A DNA stretch of 32,000 nt from Copranaerobaculum intestinale (GTDB lineage Bacteria > Bacillota_I > Bacilli_A > Erysipelotrichales > Erysipelotrichaceae): positions 706,857-738,856 of the forward strand of contig NZ_WUUQ01000002.1 in NCBI RefSeq assembly GCF_009831105.1. The letters run 5' to 3'. Within the stretch, counting starts at the first letter, position 1; each line of letters opens with the position of its first letter. Made by a program: the position numbers and the translations under genes. Below are positions 16,930-26,488 of the stretch, one piece after another. The notes below the pieces were generated by a model that ran no database searches, had not been told where the DNA came from, and saw nothing but the letters and a program-made list of their open reading frames with translations.

Positions 16930-17886
16930 TCAATCTCCCTGCGTACGTAATAAAAATAATTCAAATCCCATATCTTTGTCAATTCTGCCGCCCTTGATCT
17001 GCTGATCCAGATCTGCCAAGGAGGCCAGTGTAGCCATGATTTCCTCAGCGCGCAAATTCTGTACGCTTTCCAGCGATTTTTTCACCCGGAAAGGATGTGC
17101 TCCCAGCTGTTGGGTAATCTCTCGCTCACTGCATCCCTGCATCTGCAAAGATTTCACTTGATACAGAAACCGAAATTGACTTGCCAGCATCGCTATCAAA
17201 TAGATGGCATCCTTATTTAAAGCGGATAAATCCTGCCATAGATGGAACGATTGCCGAATATCCTTTTTAACGACCGCATTTACCAAATCAAATACATTAT
17301 CATCTAATGGCCGCGTCACAAGTGCTGCAACATCTGCTTTTTGGATATCTTTAGATAATAGTTCAAGCTTATCCATAGCTTGCATAATTTCCCCAACATC
17401 CGCCGGCAGCCGCTTCAGAAGCTCTTGAAATGCCGCTTTGTCCATATGGATGTTTCGTTTGGCCAGCTGCTCTTTTATATAGTTTGCTTTTCCTAAATCA
17501 TCCAGCTTGGAAAAGGTAAGAACCTTACAGGTTTTTTGAACAAGCTTAACGATCTTTTTCCGGCTGTCAAGCTTCGGAAATTCGCCGGTAAAAATTAATA
17601 CGGTTGATTCCATAGGTGATTTTAGATACTGTTCCAATGCTTCAATCCCATCCGGCAGTTCCCCACCGCCGCTTAAAAAATCAGCATGGGCGGCAATCAC
17701 CACTTTTCGCTCACCGAAAAAAGGAATGGTCTGTGCATCATCCAATACCATACCTAAGGACTGATTCATCAAATCATAGGTTGCGGTATTCATCATATCA
17801 TTCCCGCTGTTTTCTTTGATCAGTAACGAAAGCGTTTTTTGAAGCAATGCACGCTCTTCTCCATATAACACATAATTCAATGTCAT
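16930..17886 (-). CDS. holA: DNA polymerase III subunit delta
   Basis: About 318 aa with HolA-like sequence, positioned after comEC as in B. subtilis. ATG at 17886 overlaps the comEC TGA (TGATG). The track start at 17889 is GTG. Confidence 0.85.
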   Translation of the reverse strand: MTLNYVLYGEERALLQKTLSLLIKENSGNDMMNTATYDLMNQSLGMVLDDAQTIPFFGERKVVIAAHADFLSGGGELPDGIEALEQYLKSPMESTVLIFTGEFPKLDSRKKIVKLVQKTCKVLTFSKLDDLGKANYIKEQLAKRNIHMDKAAFQELLKRLPADVGEIMQAMDKLELLSKDIQKADVAALVTRPLDDNVFDLVNAVVKKDIRQSFHLWQDLSALNKDAIYLIAMLASQFRFLYQVKSLQMQGCSEREITQQLGAHPFRVKKSLESVQNLRAEEIMATLASLADLDQQIKGGRIDKDMGFELFLLRTQGD

Positions 17887-19838
17887 CACCTAGTTGTTAT
17901 TATATCAAATTCATGACTTGCTGTCCTGAAAAGGTTCAAGTTTTTGAAAAAGAGTATTGATACAGCGCCACTTTCGGCAGTGTTGCGATAACTGATCTGC
18001 TGACGATTCAAGGTTTCCAGTGTCTTTGGATGGGGATGACCATAGCGGTTGTGATAGCCGCTTGATAAAACGGCCAGCATAGGATGAAGCTGGTGCAAAA
18101 AAGCCGGATCAGAACTGGTTTGACTGCCATGGTGTCCTGCCTTCAAGATATCAGCGGTCAGTTTGGGATACTGCCGCATAATTTCCTGCTCTGCAGTTCT
18201 TCCCGCATCACCAGTAAACAAATAGTAAAGTCCGCCAAGTTCAAAATAAAAAATCAAAGAATTCTCATTTTTATCCAAATACTTCTGATCATACAACAGA
18301 TTCTGCATTTCAACATTGCCAATTCGCACAGTTTCATGCTTTTCTCGAATGATACGATGTATTGATATAAATTCCTTCAGCTGCTTCAATCCACCGCTGT
18401 GATCAAAATCATCATGTGATAAAATTACAGCGTCCAAATGCTGAATCCCCTTCGCCTTTAAAACCGGAAGCACAATCTGCTTTGGCAAATTACGCGTATG
18501 ATGTCCGGCGATGTCAATAAGAAATGTACCCTGCCCAAACGGCAAGGTAATCAACGCTGTATCACCCTGACCGATATCAAGAAACATCACCTCCCCAAAA
18601 GGATTTAAAAATAGTTGATATTGCTGGATTACCAAGAGACCCATCAGCTTTATAGCATCCTTCCTTCTTGGCAGCTGAAGCAATTTCAGAGTATGGGATA
18701 CCCAAAGAAACAGCCATAAAAGGGAAGGATAGCCCAGCACCGCAATCAACGGAAGCTGTTGCAGCCCCTGCACAAGATCATAAGTGATAGTCAGACCGAT
18801 ATTCTGTCCCGATAACATACTAACCCACGCCGCCAGATAATGCAGGGCAAACAGAATTCGCTGAAACTGAAAACCAATCAGTTGAATGAGATCACACTCA
18901 TAAAAGTAAAGCAGCTGAACCGGCAGTAAAAGTAAGATAGATGAGAGCCATTTGGATATTTGATGATAAAAAATCCCTGATAAATGAAACAGCACCGGGA
19001 GAACCAAGCAAAGCTCCTGATAATGACTAGGATATAAGAAAAGGAAGATAAGGATACTGACCCCCAACCGATCATGAACAGATTGTTTTTTCATCAGATA
19101 ATATATGATCCGAAAGATCAATATTCGTTTCAAGGCCAAAGAAAATACCGTTATTTCACCAAGCAAGGTCATTCCTGAAAGTGATAAAATGAATACCCAG
19201 AACGGATTCAGCCAATATTGAAGCAGCTTTTCCAAAATGCGGCATAAAAAACTGATATGCATACCACTGGAAGAAACCATATACGGTAGGTCTGTTTCCT
19301 CCTCCTGAATTCCATATAGTGCCTGCATCACCTTGTTTCGTATTGATTGGGGCAGCGCAGCTGCACGCCGATACAAGGAAGCACGCAGCGATGAGGATGC
19401 ATCTATTACCTGATACTGCTTTACATACATACTGTAATAGATTCCCTGCCGGCGGGCCCAGCGATCAAACTGAAAACCATAAAAATTATGATTGGAGTGG
19501 ATTCGCTCCCAACTTCCCTGTACTTGTATCACATCATCCATGGATACGGATTCCACATGATACAGGATCACCTTCGCTTGTCCGTGCTGGGCAATGACAT
19601 AGCTTTTGCGAATATCCTTCACCTTCCAAATATCGGATACAGGTTCTTGTATATTCTGAATACCCCGCACCTGAAATGCAAGCATCATCAGAATCAAGAT
19701 CCATAACGGACCCTTTTGAATGTGAACAAACCAGATAACACATAGACACGCATACAGAATTTTCAGCCATGGCTGGCTGATCATCATGCCGACCCAAATA
19801 CAAAATGCCAGCTGCAGCCAATTGTCCTTTAAAGACAA
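17886..19838 (-). CDS. comEC: DNA internalization competence protein ComEC/Rec2
   Basis: Polytopic membrane core plus a C-terminal metallo-beta-lactamase domain (DIGQGDTALI, SHDDFDHSGG, GHHGS). The start is uncertain: 19838 is TTG, has no SD, and overlaps the comEA end. Confidence 0.88.
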   Translation of the reverse strand: MSLKDNWLQLAFCIWVGMMISQPWLKILYACLCVIWFVHIQKGPLWILILMMLAFQVRGIQNIQEPVSDIWKVKDIRKSYVIAQHGQAKVILYHVESVSMDDVIQVQGSWERIHSNHNFYGFQFDRWARRQGIYYSMYVKQYQVIDASSSLRASLYRRAAALPQSIRNKVMQALYGIQEEETDLPYMVSSSGMHISFLCRILEKLLQYWLNPFWVFILSLSGMTLLGEITVFSLALKRILIFRIIYYLMKKQSVHDRLGVSILIFLFLYPSHYQELCLVLPVLFHLSGIFYHQISKWLSSILLLLPVQLLYFYECDLIQLIGFQFQRILFALHYLAAWVSMLSGQNIGLTITYDLVQGLQQLPLIAVLGYPSLLWLFLWVSHTLKLLQLPRRKDAIKLMGLLVIQQYQLFLNPFGEVMFLDIGQGDTALITLPFGQGTFLIDIAGHHTRNLPKQIVLPVLKAKGIQHLDAVILSHDDFDHSGGLKQLKEFISIHRIIREKHETVRIGNVEMQNLLYDQKYLDKNENSLIFYFELGGLYYLFTGDAGRTAEQEIMRQYPKLTADILKAGHHGSQTSSDPAFLHQLHPMLAVLSSGYHNRYGHPHPKTLETLNRQQISYRNTAESGAVSILFFKNLNLFRTASHEFDIITTR

Positions 19839-20290
19839 ATAAACGCTTTTAGCTTTTGAAATAGCTTATCACCAATCCCTTTGACCTCCATCAGCTGCTC
19901 GAGTGCTGAAAATGATTTCACCTTCCGATATTCCAAAATGCGCTTGGCAATAGCCGGACCAATACCCGGCAGCCCATCAAGAGCATCGACTCCTGCACTG
20001 TTGATTGAAATACATACTCTGTTCTGCTTTTTCGCTATGACCAAAACACTGCCGTTTTCCAGCTTTTGCGCCAGATTGATGGATGTCAGATCAGCCTCAG
20101 CAGTAGGTTTTACCTGCTTTAAAGCCTCCTCAACATTTGCATTGCGATCTAATTGTATAACTCCCGGATTTTGGACTTCCCCCTTGATTTCAATTTGAAT
20201 ATGATCACTTCGATATTGATTCAAGTTGACAAAGTGATATTCCTGATAGTACAACAAACCGATAATCAGCAGCATAAACAGTTTTTTCAT
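19829..20290 (-). CDS. comEA: competence protein ComEA (helix-hairpin-helix DNA receptor)
   Basis: N-terminal anchor MKKLFMLLIIGLL and a C-terminal HhH motif (LDGLPGIGPAIAKRILEYR). ATG at 20290 lies behind AGGTGA. The track start at 20299 is GTG. Confidence 0.88.
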   Translation of the reverse strand: MKKLFMLLIIGLLYYQEYHFVNLNQYRSDHIQIEIKGEVQNPGVIQLDRNANVEEALKQVKPTAEADLTSINLAQKLENGSVLVIAKKQNRVCISINSAGVDALDGLPGIGPAIAKRILEYRKVKSFSALEQLMEVKGIGDKLFQKLKAFICL

Positions 20291-20334
20291 GATGGTCACC
20301 TGTCTGTTTCTACGTGACCGGTTACAAAAATCCT

Positions 20335-20365
20335 AATAAAAAAGATGTATTCCTTTGAATACATC
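20335..20365 (-). terminator. strong intrinsic terminator after greA
   Basis: 9-bp stem GATGTATTC/GAATACATC (20344-20352 / 20357-20365) with a 4-nt loop, then TTTTTTATT on the minus strand. Confidence 0.85.
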
Positions 20366-20368
20366 TCA

Positions 20369-20848
20369 TTAACGAATCTCTAAAATTTTTACTTCGTACG
20401 GCTCTTCCACATTTTCAATTTCGACGGTGCTGCCCACCTTATGATCCAGCAGCGCTACCGCCAAAGGAGCAACATTGGATAACTTACCATTCAGTGGATC
20501 GGCCTCAACCGAACCAACAATCGTATATTCTTCCTCTTCATTGCTTGAAAGATCCAGGATTCTTACAGTTGATCCAAGACTCACTGTCTTAGTCGATTTT
20601 GTCAATTTTGTTTCATCGATCAGCTCTACGTTAGAAAGCATGATTTCCAGTTCACGGATACGTGCTTCAACCCGTGCCTGATGATCACGAGCAGCATCGT
20701 AGTCAGCGTTCTCACTCAAGTCACCCTGAGCACGAGCCTCCTGCAGTTCTTTAATTACTTCATTGCGTACGACATGGATCAAATGATCCTGCTCTTTAAG
20801 AAGTTCATCATAACCCTGCTGGGTTACTAATATTTTTTTCTGAGTCAT
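20369..20848 (-). CDS. greA: transcription elongation factor GreA
   Basis: 159 aa with a coiled-coil N-terminal half and a GreA C-terminal domain (SPLAVALL-type block PLAVALLDHKVG). SD is AGGAGTG. Confidence 0.95.
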   Translation of the reverse strand: MTQKKILVTQQGYDELLKEQDHLIHVVRNEVIKELQEARAQGDLSENADYDAARDHQARVEARIRELEIMLSNVELIDETKLTKSTKTVSLGSTVRILDLSSNEEEEYTIVGSVEADPLNGKLSNVAPLAVALLDHKVGSTVEIENVEEPYEVKILEIR

Positions 20849-20870
20849 TTTTTCACTCCTATCGGTCGAT

Positions 20871-20880
20871 ATTATACCAC
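20871..20880 (-). promoter_or_regulatory. extended -10 promoter for greA, overlapping the udk stop codon
   Basis: Minus strand reads GTGGTATAAT (-10 at 20876-20871). The udk TAA is at 20874-20872. Confidence 0.45.
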
Positions 20881-21504
20881 GTTTCGGTGGATTATACTAC
20901 TAATTTTTGTCAGCAGCAGATCGATCGCAACCGAATTCTGACCGCCTTCCGGTATAATTACATCAGCATAGCGCTTGCTTGGTTCAACGAACTGATTGTG
21001 CATATCACGGACCCTAGTCGTATATTGTGTTACCACCGAATCAAGCGTTCTGCCGCGATCATTAACATCCCGTAATAATCGACGGATAAAGCGGATATCC
21101 GCATCTGTGTCCACAAAAACTTTAATATCACATAGATCGCGCAATTCTTCATTCTCCAGCACAAACAGTCCTTCGATTACGATAACATCACTGGAATCAA
21201 TATGCTCCACATGATCGCTGCGCGTATGATGTACAAAATCATAGGTAGGCTTCTCAACACTTCCACCACTGGTCAGTGTTTTCAAATGTTCCACCAATAA
21301 TTCATTATCAAAAGCAAATGGATGATCATAATTGGTTTTGATTCGTTCTTCCATCGTTTTCTGATGCTGATCCTTATAATAGTCGTCCTGTCGAATGATT
21401 ACAACCGATTGTGTATTTTCAAATGCTTCCTTGAGTTGTCTGGATATAGAGGTCTTACCGGAAGCACTGCCTCCGGCAATCCCAATAATAATTGAACTGT
21501 TCAT
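20872..21504 (-). CDS. udk: uridine kinase
   Basis: P-loop GIAGGSASGKTS, 210 aa, typical Udk sequence. Confidence 0.95.
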   Translation of the reverse strand: MNSSIIIGIAGGSASGKTSISRQLKEAFENTQSVVIIRQDDYYKDQHQKTMEERIKTNYDHPFAFDNELLVEHLKTLTSGGSVEKPTYDFVHHTRSDHVEHIDSSDVIVIEGLFVLENEELRDLCDIKVFVDTDADIRFIRRLLRDVNDRGRTLDSVVTQYTTRVRDMHNQFVEPSKRYADVIIPEGGQNSVAIDLLLTKISSIIHRNVV

Positions 21505-21507
21505 GAT

Positions 21508-22599
21508 TTACATCCCCAAATTATATTTTTCAATATTCGCCTGATGCTCTTCATATGTTTTCGCAAAATGCATGTCGCCATTTCCATAAACGTCCGCTAC
21601 AAAATACAGATAATCCGATGCTGTTGGATTCAAAGTTGCCTGAATAGCATTCTCACCGGGGTTGAGAATGGGACCGATCGGAAGTCCCTTATGGATATTG
21701 GTATTGTATGGTGAATCCAGATCATAATTGATTTCACAAGACTTCCAGTCTGTCAGCTGATCATACAGCGCATAACAAACAGTCACACTAGACCCCAGCG
21801 TCATATCCTTTTTTAAACGATTGTAGAATACACCAGCTACCAGCTTCATATCCGCTTTGGTTCTTGCCTCATATTGTACGATACTAGCCATGGTAATCAA
21901 ATCATGCATGCTCTTTCCGCTGGCTTTGATTTCTTTCTTATATTTCTGATATATGACATCAAAATGATCTAAGAAAGTCTTTGTGATTTCTTCTGGGGTA
22001 GCAGATTTGTTAAAAGCATATGTTTCCGGAAAAAGATAGCCTTCCAGTTTTATCTTTGTCTGCGGATTCAAAATGCTGTCATCCAGAAATTCATATTTTT
22101 GAATCATCTTTTTTAAGTATGTATCATCATTCCAAAGCGCCGTCAGAGCATTCGCATCAATCCCCATCTTCGTATGAATTTGCGCCGCAATATCTTTTGC
22201 CCAAATACCCTCTTTGAAGGTAATCACAACCTGATCCTGTTTAGCTTTTTTGGAATCATTCAGCGTTTTTAAAATCTTTTCCGTATCCCAAGATCGGTTC
22301 AAATCAAAAAAACCTGCTTTCATATCTCCCAAACCGTGCATTTTCATATACAATTTTGTGACCGTTGTGTTCTTGATGAGCTTTTGTTCTTTTAAATTTG
22401 CAATGATCTGATCAGAGGTCTGTCCTTCACTGATTTCAAACAGAACTGTTTTATCACTTGAAGAAACCGCCTGCAAATTAACATTGTAAAAGCCGGCACA
22501 GCCGATCAGGATAAGGATTACAGCCAGTAGTGCCGCCAGCGCGATTTGATACGCTTTTTTCAATTCCTTGAACTTATTCAGCAGCTTCTTCATCTTCAC
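21508..22599 (-). CDS. mltG: endolytic murein transglycosylase MltG (YceG family)
   Basis: N-terminal TM segment, a LysM-like segment, and the YceG core (EGYLFPETY, IVQYEA). The start is probably GTG 22599 (GGAG, 6 nt) or ATG 22593. The track start at 22611 is TTG. Either start overlaps the upstream gene end. Confidence 0.88.
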   Translation of the reverse strand: MKMKKLLNKFKELKKAYQIALAALLAVILILIGCAGFYNVNLQAVSSSDKTVLFEISEGQTSDQIIANLKEQKLIKNTTVTKLYMKMHGLGDMKAGFFDLNRSWDTEKILKTLNDSKKAKQDQVVITFKEGIWAKDIAAQIHTKMGIDANALTALWNDDTYLKKMIQKYEFLDDSILNPQTKIKLEGYLFPETYAFNKSATPEEITKTFLDHFDVIYQKYKKEIKASGKSMHDLITMASIVQYEARTKADMKLVAGVFYNRLKKDMTLGSSVTVCYALYDQLTDWKSCEINYDLDSPYNTNIHKGLPIGPILNPGENAIQATLNPTASDYLYFVADVYGNGDMHFAKTYEEHQANIEKYNLGM

Positions 22600-22831
22600 T
22601 GAACGCTCCAATTACTTCTTCAATCATGGTCCACTCTTCGTCGGTCTCAACCGGCAGCAGACTGCCTTCATCGTCGTAGCGGGACGCATATACTTCCTCA
22701 TCATCCAGCTTAGGGTCCGTAAATACTACATACTTACGATTATTCGCTTCATCCTCAAAGGTAAATAAAATCTGCATTTCAATTTCGTTTCCATCTTCGT
22801 CTTTTACAAATAATGTGTTTGTTTCCAACAT
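22574..22831 (-). CDS. DUF1292 / UPF0473 family protein (YrzB-like)
   Basis: Acidic 85-aa protein with the DEDGNE...F...YVVF pattern of DUF1292, positioned between ruvX and mltG as yrzB is in B. subtilis. ATG at 22831 lies behind GGAGGAAAG. The track start is TTG. Confidence 0.8.
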   Translation of the reverse strand: MLETNTLFVKDEDGNEIEMQILFTFEDEANNRKYVVFTDPKLDDEEVYASRYDDEGSLLPVETDEEWTMIEEVIGAFSEDEEAAE

Positions 22832-22853
22832 ATTTCTTTCCTCCATATAAAAC

Positions 22854-22872
22854 AAAGGGCTGTGCGCCCTTT
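22854..22872 (-). terminator. hairpin between ruvX and the DUF1292 gene (weak terminator/attenuator)
   Basis: AAAGGGC-GCACA-GCCCTTT overlaps the ruvX stop. It is followed only by GTTTTAT. Confidence 0.3.
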
Positions 22873-23284
22873 AGTTTCTACTGTCCAGATAACTCTGCAA
22901 GATCTGTACTGCAGCCATTTGATCAATAACCTGTTTGCGCTTCTTTCGCGATACATCGGCCTGAAGCAGGATCCGATTAGCTGCTACTGTGGTCAGACGC
23001 TCATCCCACAATACAACATCCAACCCCAATGTTTCCAGCTTCGCCTTAAATGCTATGGATATTTCACCGCGAATGCCGACATCACCGTTCATATGCTTTG
23101 GCAAGCCAAGCACCACCGTTTTAATTGCAAATTCATCAATTAATGGCTTTACTTTTTCAAATGCAGCATCATAGTCATCACTGGGAAAGCGCAGTGTTTC
23201 CACCGGACGGGCAATCAGCCCCATCACATCGCTCACGCTCACGCCAAGCGTTACGCTTCCCAAATCCAGGCCTAGAATACGCAT
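22871..23284 (-). CDS. ruvX: Holliday junction resolvase-like / pre-16S rRNA nuclease RuvX (YqgF)
   Basis: MRILGLDLGSVTLGVSVSD N-terminus and the DERLTT motif. 137 aa. Confidence 0.93.
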   Translation of the reverse strand: MRILGLDLGSVTLGVSVSDVMGLIARPVETLRFPSDDYDAAFEKVKPLIDEFAIKTVVLGLPKHMNGDVGIRGEISIAFKAKLETLGLDVVLWDERLTTVAANRILLQADVSRKKRKQVIDQMAAVQILQSYLDSRN

Positions 23285-23539
23285 CTATTTCTCTTCGAGG
23301 TATGCTCTCACAAGCTCCTCGATTATTTCGTAACGTTCTACGCTCTGAATGATTGAGCGAGCATTATTATGACTGGAAATGTAAGCAGGATCATTTGAAA
23401 TTAAATAACCTGCCAGCTGATTTACAGAATTATAACCGCGCTCATCTAATGCTTCCTTGACAATGCGAAGAACGTGCTTGATGTTATCACGGCGCAGCTC
23501 ATCAGACTTAAATGACATCGTTTCAGTAATATCTTTCAT
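23285..23539 (-). CDS. UPF0297 family protein (IreB / YrzL-like)
   Basis: 84 aa with the [27 protein letters not shown] block typical of UPF0297. It lies directly between alaS and ruvX. Confidence 0.88.
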   Translation of the reverse strand: MKDITETMSFKSDELRRDNIKHVLRIVKEALDERGYNSVNQLAGYLISNDPAYISSHNNARSIIQSVERYEIIEELVRAYLEEK

Positions 23540-23595
23540 GCTATTACCTCCTTTTCGTCTTATTACTTCTTATTTTAACGTAAAAGATACGAAAT

Positions 23596-26226
23596 TTAAA
23601 GTACTAAGCCTAGTTTATTTTTCACAATTTCCATCGCTTCATCAAGTTTTGAAGCATCTTTACCGCCGGCCTGTGCCAAATCCGGACGACCGCCGCCGTT
23701 TCCTTTGCACACCATTGCGGCTTCCTTTACCAAGTTACCGCAGTGAATACCGTTCTTAATTGCTCGCTCACCAGCACTGGCCGCAAATACAACCTTATTT
23801 TGATCGGCCATAGCCAGAAATACAACTGCATTATCCGCCTTCTGCTTCAAGGAGGCAGCCATATCTTTTAAATTCACACCCTCTTCTTTCGGCATGACTT
23901 TAACGAGCATACGGCAGCCGTTTACTTCCACCATTTCCGCGGCGATTGCTTTTGCTTCTGCTTCCATGATTTTATTACGCAACTGAGCGTTATCTTTCTT
24001 TAACTGTGTTGTTTCTGCCAGCAGCTGAGCTACCTTCTCATCTGCTTTCGCAAAACCATTCATTTTTAACATACCGGCTATTTTCTTTAACAGCTCTTCA
24101 TCCTGATGAAAATCTTCATAAGCGCTGAAGCCGGTCTTTGCGGTAATGCGGCGAATGCCGGAACCGATGCTTTCTTCCGCGATGATTTTGCATAAGCCGA
24201 TTTCCTGTGTATTGTTTACATGACAACCGCCGCAAAATTCTTTGGATACATCACCCATGGTTACCACACGGACAACCTCGCCGTATTTCTCATCAAAGAG
24301 TGCTGTCGCTCCACTCTTTTTCGCTTCCTCAATCGCCATCATTTCCTTGACAACCGGATAATGAGCCTCAATATACGTATTAACAATTTTCTCAATCTGC
24401 ACCAATTGAGCATCATTTACCTTTTCAAAATGCGTGAAATCGAAACGCAGATATTCATCGGAAACAAAGGAACCAGCCTGCTGTATATGACTACCGACAA
24501 CCTGTTTCAGGGCGCTTTGCAGCAAATGAGTACAAGAATGGTTTGCCGTAATCCGTTCACGCCGCTGCTTATCTACCTGCATGCTCAAAGTATCGTGCTC
24601 TTTCAAACTGCCGCTGCTCAGTACTACATGATGCAAATGCTGTTTATGCGGTGCTTTTTTCACGTCTTTCACATGGAGTAAGGTCTGCTTATTTTCCATC
24701 GTGCCGCTGTCCGCAATCTGTCCGCCGCTTTCTGCATAGAATACTGTCTGATTCAGGATGATGTCGCCTTCATCGTGAAGTTCCGCAACTCTGGCGCCAT
24801 CCTTGAACAGGGCAATGACCTCAGCAGTTCCTTGAAGATTATCATATCCGACAAAAACGCTTTCTTCAGTAAAATCCATCAAATCTTTGGATTGAGACGC
24901 CATGGATTGAACTTCTTCACGGGCTGCTTTCGCCAGCTGGCGCTGTTTCTCCATCTCATGATCGAATCCTTCTTTATCTACGGTATAACCGGCCTCTTCA
25001 GCAATTTCAATCGTCAGCTCAAATGGAAAGCCATATGTATCATACAATTTAAAAGCTGTTTTGCCATCAATCTCAGTTCCCGGCAGCTGCTCCATAACCT
25101 CATTCAAAAGCTTTTCACCATCCGCAAGCGTGGCGTGGAAACGTTCTTCCTCTGCTTTTACCAGTTTCTGAATATAATCAATTTTCGCTTTGATATATGG
25201 ATAATAGTCTTTCATAATATCATAAACTACCGGTACCAGCTGATACATGAAAGAACCGCTGATTTCCAGCTTGCGGCCAAATCGAACCGCGCGGCGAAGC
25301 ACTCGGCGAAGGACGTATCCGCGGCCCTCATTGGCAAACAGTGCACCATCTGCCAAAGCAAATGTAACGGTACGAATGTGATCGGCAATAACTCGATAAG
25401 CCATTTTATATTCATCGGCATACGGATGAACTGATAATTTTTCAGTTGCCCGAATAATCGGAAGGAACAAGTCCGTATCAAAGTTGGTTTCTCCTTCCTG
25501 AACGATTGCGGTCAAACGCTCCAGCCCCATACCGGTATCGATGTTCTTCTGCGGCAATTCTTTATACAGCTTGCGATCAACACCTTCTTTACCATCATAT
25601 TGTGAAAAAACAACATTCCATACTTCAATATAACGATCATTTTCCAGTTCTTCAAAAAACAATTTTTCCCCCAGACCTTCGGGATCGTATGCTTCACCGC
25701 GGTCAAAGAAAATTTCTGTATCGGGACCGCATGGTCCCTCTCCAATCTGCCAGAAATTGTCAGCCGTGCGCAAAATATGTGTTGGATCAACATGCATTTC
25801 TTCCGTCCAAATGCGATATGCTTCCGTATCATCTATATATACGGTCACATACAGCTTATCCTTAGGAAAACCGATATATTCTTCACTGGTTAAAAACTCC
25901 CAGGCGAAACGAATTGCTTCGGGCTTGAAGTAATCACCGATGGAGAAGTTGCCGAGCATTTCAAAAAATGTGTGATGCCGAGCCGTTTTACCGACGTTCT
26001 CAATATCATTGGTGCGGATTGATTTCTGCGCATTGGCGATTCTTGGAGAAGCGGGTTTCATAGAGCCATCAAAATACTTTTTCAAAGCTGCTACTCCCGC
26101 ATTGATCCACAGCAAAGTGGGATCGTTATGCGGAATCAAAGATGCGCCTGGTTCAATCATGTGTCCCTGTTTTTTGAAATAATCCAAAAATAACTGTCGA
26201 ATTTCGTTACCGGTCAAGTTTTTCAT
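23596..26226 (-). CDS. alaS: alanine--tRNA ligase
   Basis: 876 aa with class II AlaRS motifs, the editing-domain HxxxH/CGG block (HSCTHLL, CGGCHV), and a C-Ala domain. SD is AGGAGGA. Confidence 0.97.
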   Translation of the reverse strand: MKNLTGNEIRQLFLDYFKKQGHMIEPGASLIPHNDPTLLWINAGVAALKKYFDGSMKPASPRIANAQKSIRTNDIENVGKTARHHTFFEMLGNFSIGDYFKPEAIRFAWEFLTSEEYIGFPKDKLYVTVYIDDTEAYRIWTEEMHVDPTHILRTADNFWQIGEGPCGPDTEIFFDRGEAYDPEGLGEKLFFEELENDRYIEVWNVVFSQYDGKEGVDRKLYKELPQKNIDTGMGLERLTAIVQEGETNFDTDLFLPIIRATEKLSVHPYADEYKMAYRVIADHIRTVTFALADGALFANEGRGYVLRRVLRRAVRFGRKLEISGSFMYQLVPVVYDIMKDYYPYIKAKIDYIQKLVKAEEERFHATLADGEKLLNEVMEQLPGTEIDGKTAFKLYDTYGFPFELTIEIAEEAGYTVDKEGFDHEMEKQRQLAKAAREEVQSMASQSKDLMDFTEESVFVGYDNLQGTAEVIALFKDGARVAELHDEGDIILNQTVFYAESGGQIADSGTMENKQTLLHVKDVKKAPHKQHLHHVVLSSGSLKEHDTLSMQVDKQRRERITANHSCTHLLQSALKQVVGSHIQQAGSFVSDEYLRFDFTHFEKVNDAQLVQIEKIVNTYIEAHYPVVKEMMAIEEAKKSGATALFDEKYGEVVRVVTMGDVSKEFCGGCHVNNTQEIGLCKIIAEESIGSGIRRITAKTGFSAYEDFHQDEELLKKIAGMLKMNGFAKADEKVAQLLAETTQLKKDNAQLRNKIMEAEAKAIAAEMVEVNGCRMLVKVMPKEEGVNLKDMAASLKQKADNAVVFLAMADQNKVVFAASAGERAIKNGIHCGNLVKEAAMVCKGNGGGRPDLAQAGGKDASKLDEAMEIVKNKLGLVL

Positions 26227-26244
26227 ATAAATTTCCTCCTGAAA

Positions 26245-26450
26245 TAAAAAAACGTCCCTGCATCCAGGAACGTAAAAATACGCGGTACCATCCTAGTTCA
26301 TGAATTTCTCATGCCCTCATAAGCCTATATTTCGCAGGCCCTGCGCGCAGCTCCAAACCAGCCTCCCTGATAACCTCTGTAAGCTTTCACCAACCGCTTT
26401 TTCTCTTGGCAGAGTACTCTCAGATATTATGTTCTTCATCGCTACATATC
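26245..26450 (-). promoter_or_regulatory. T-box riboswitch leader of alaS (tRNA-Ala responsive)
   Basis: The minus strand has the T-box sequence AACTAGGATGGTACCGCG (26298-26281) and a terminator ACGTTCCTG-GATG-CAGGGACGT plus T7 (26273-26245). Stem I elements are present: GCGATGAAGAA K-turn half, AGAGAG bulge, GGTGAAAGC distal loop. By hand fold, the Ala codon GCT (26362-26360) falls in the specifier loop and is followed by G. Confidence 0.88.
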
Positions 26451-26456
26451 GTGGCA

Positions 26457-26486
26457 ATTATAGCATAACCATCCTTCTTAAAGCAA
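26457..26486 (-). promoter_or_regulatory. sigmaA promoter for the alaS T-box leader
   Basis: Minus strand: TTGCTT (26486-26481), 18 nt, then TATGcTATAAT (-10 at 26462-26457). The -35 abuts the stop codon of the upstream permease gene. Confidence 0.55.
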
Positions 26487-26488
26487 TG

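Noticed and set aside
24775-25434. 219-aa plus-strand ORF, with others at 24220-24681 and 25506-25865
   Set aside because: They are antisense to alaS, have no ribosome-binding sites, and show shadow-frame composition.
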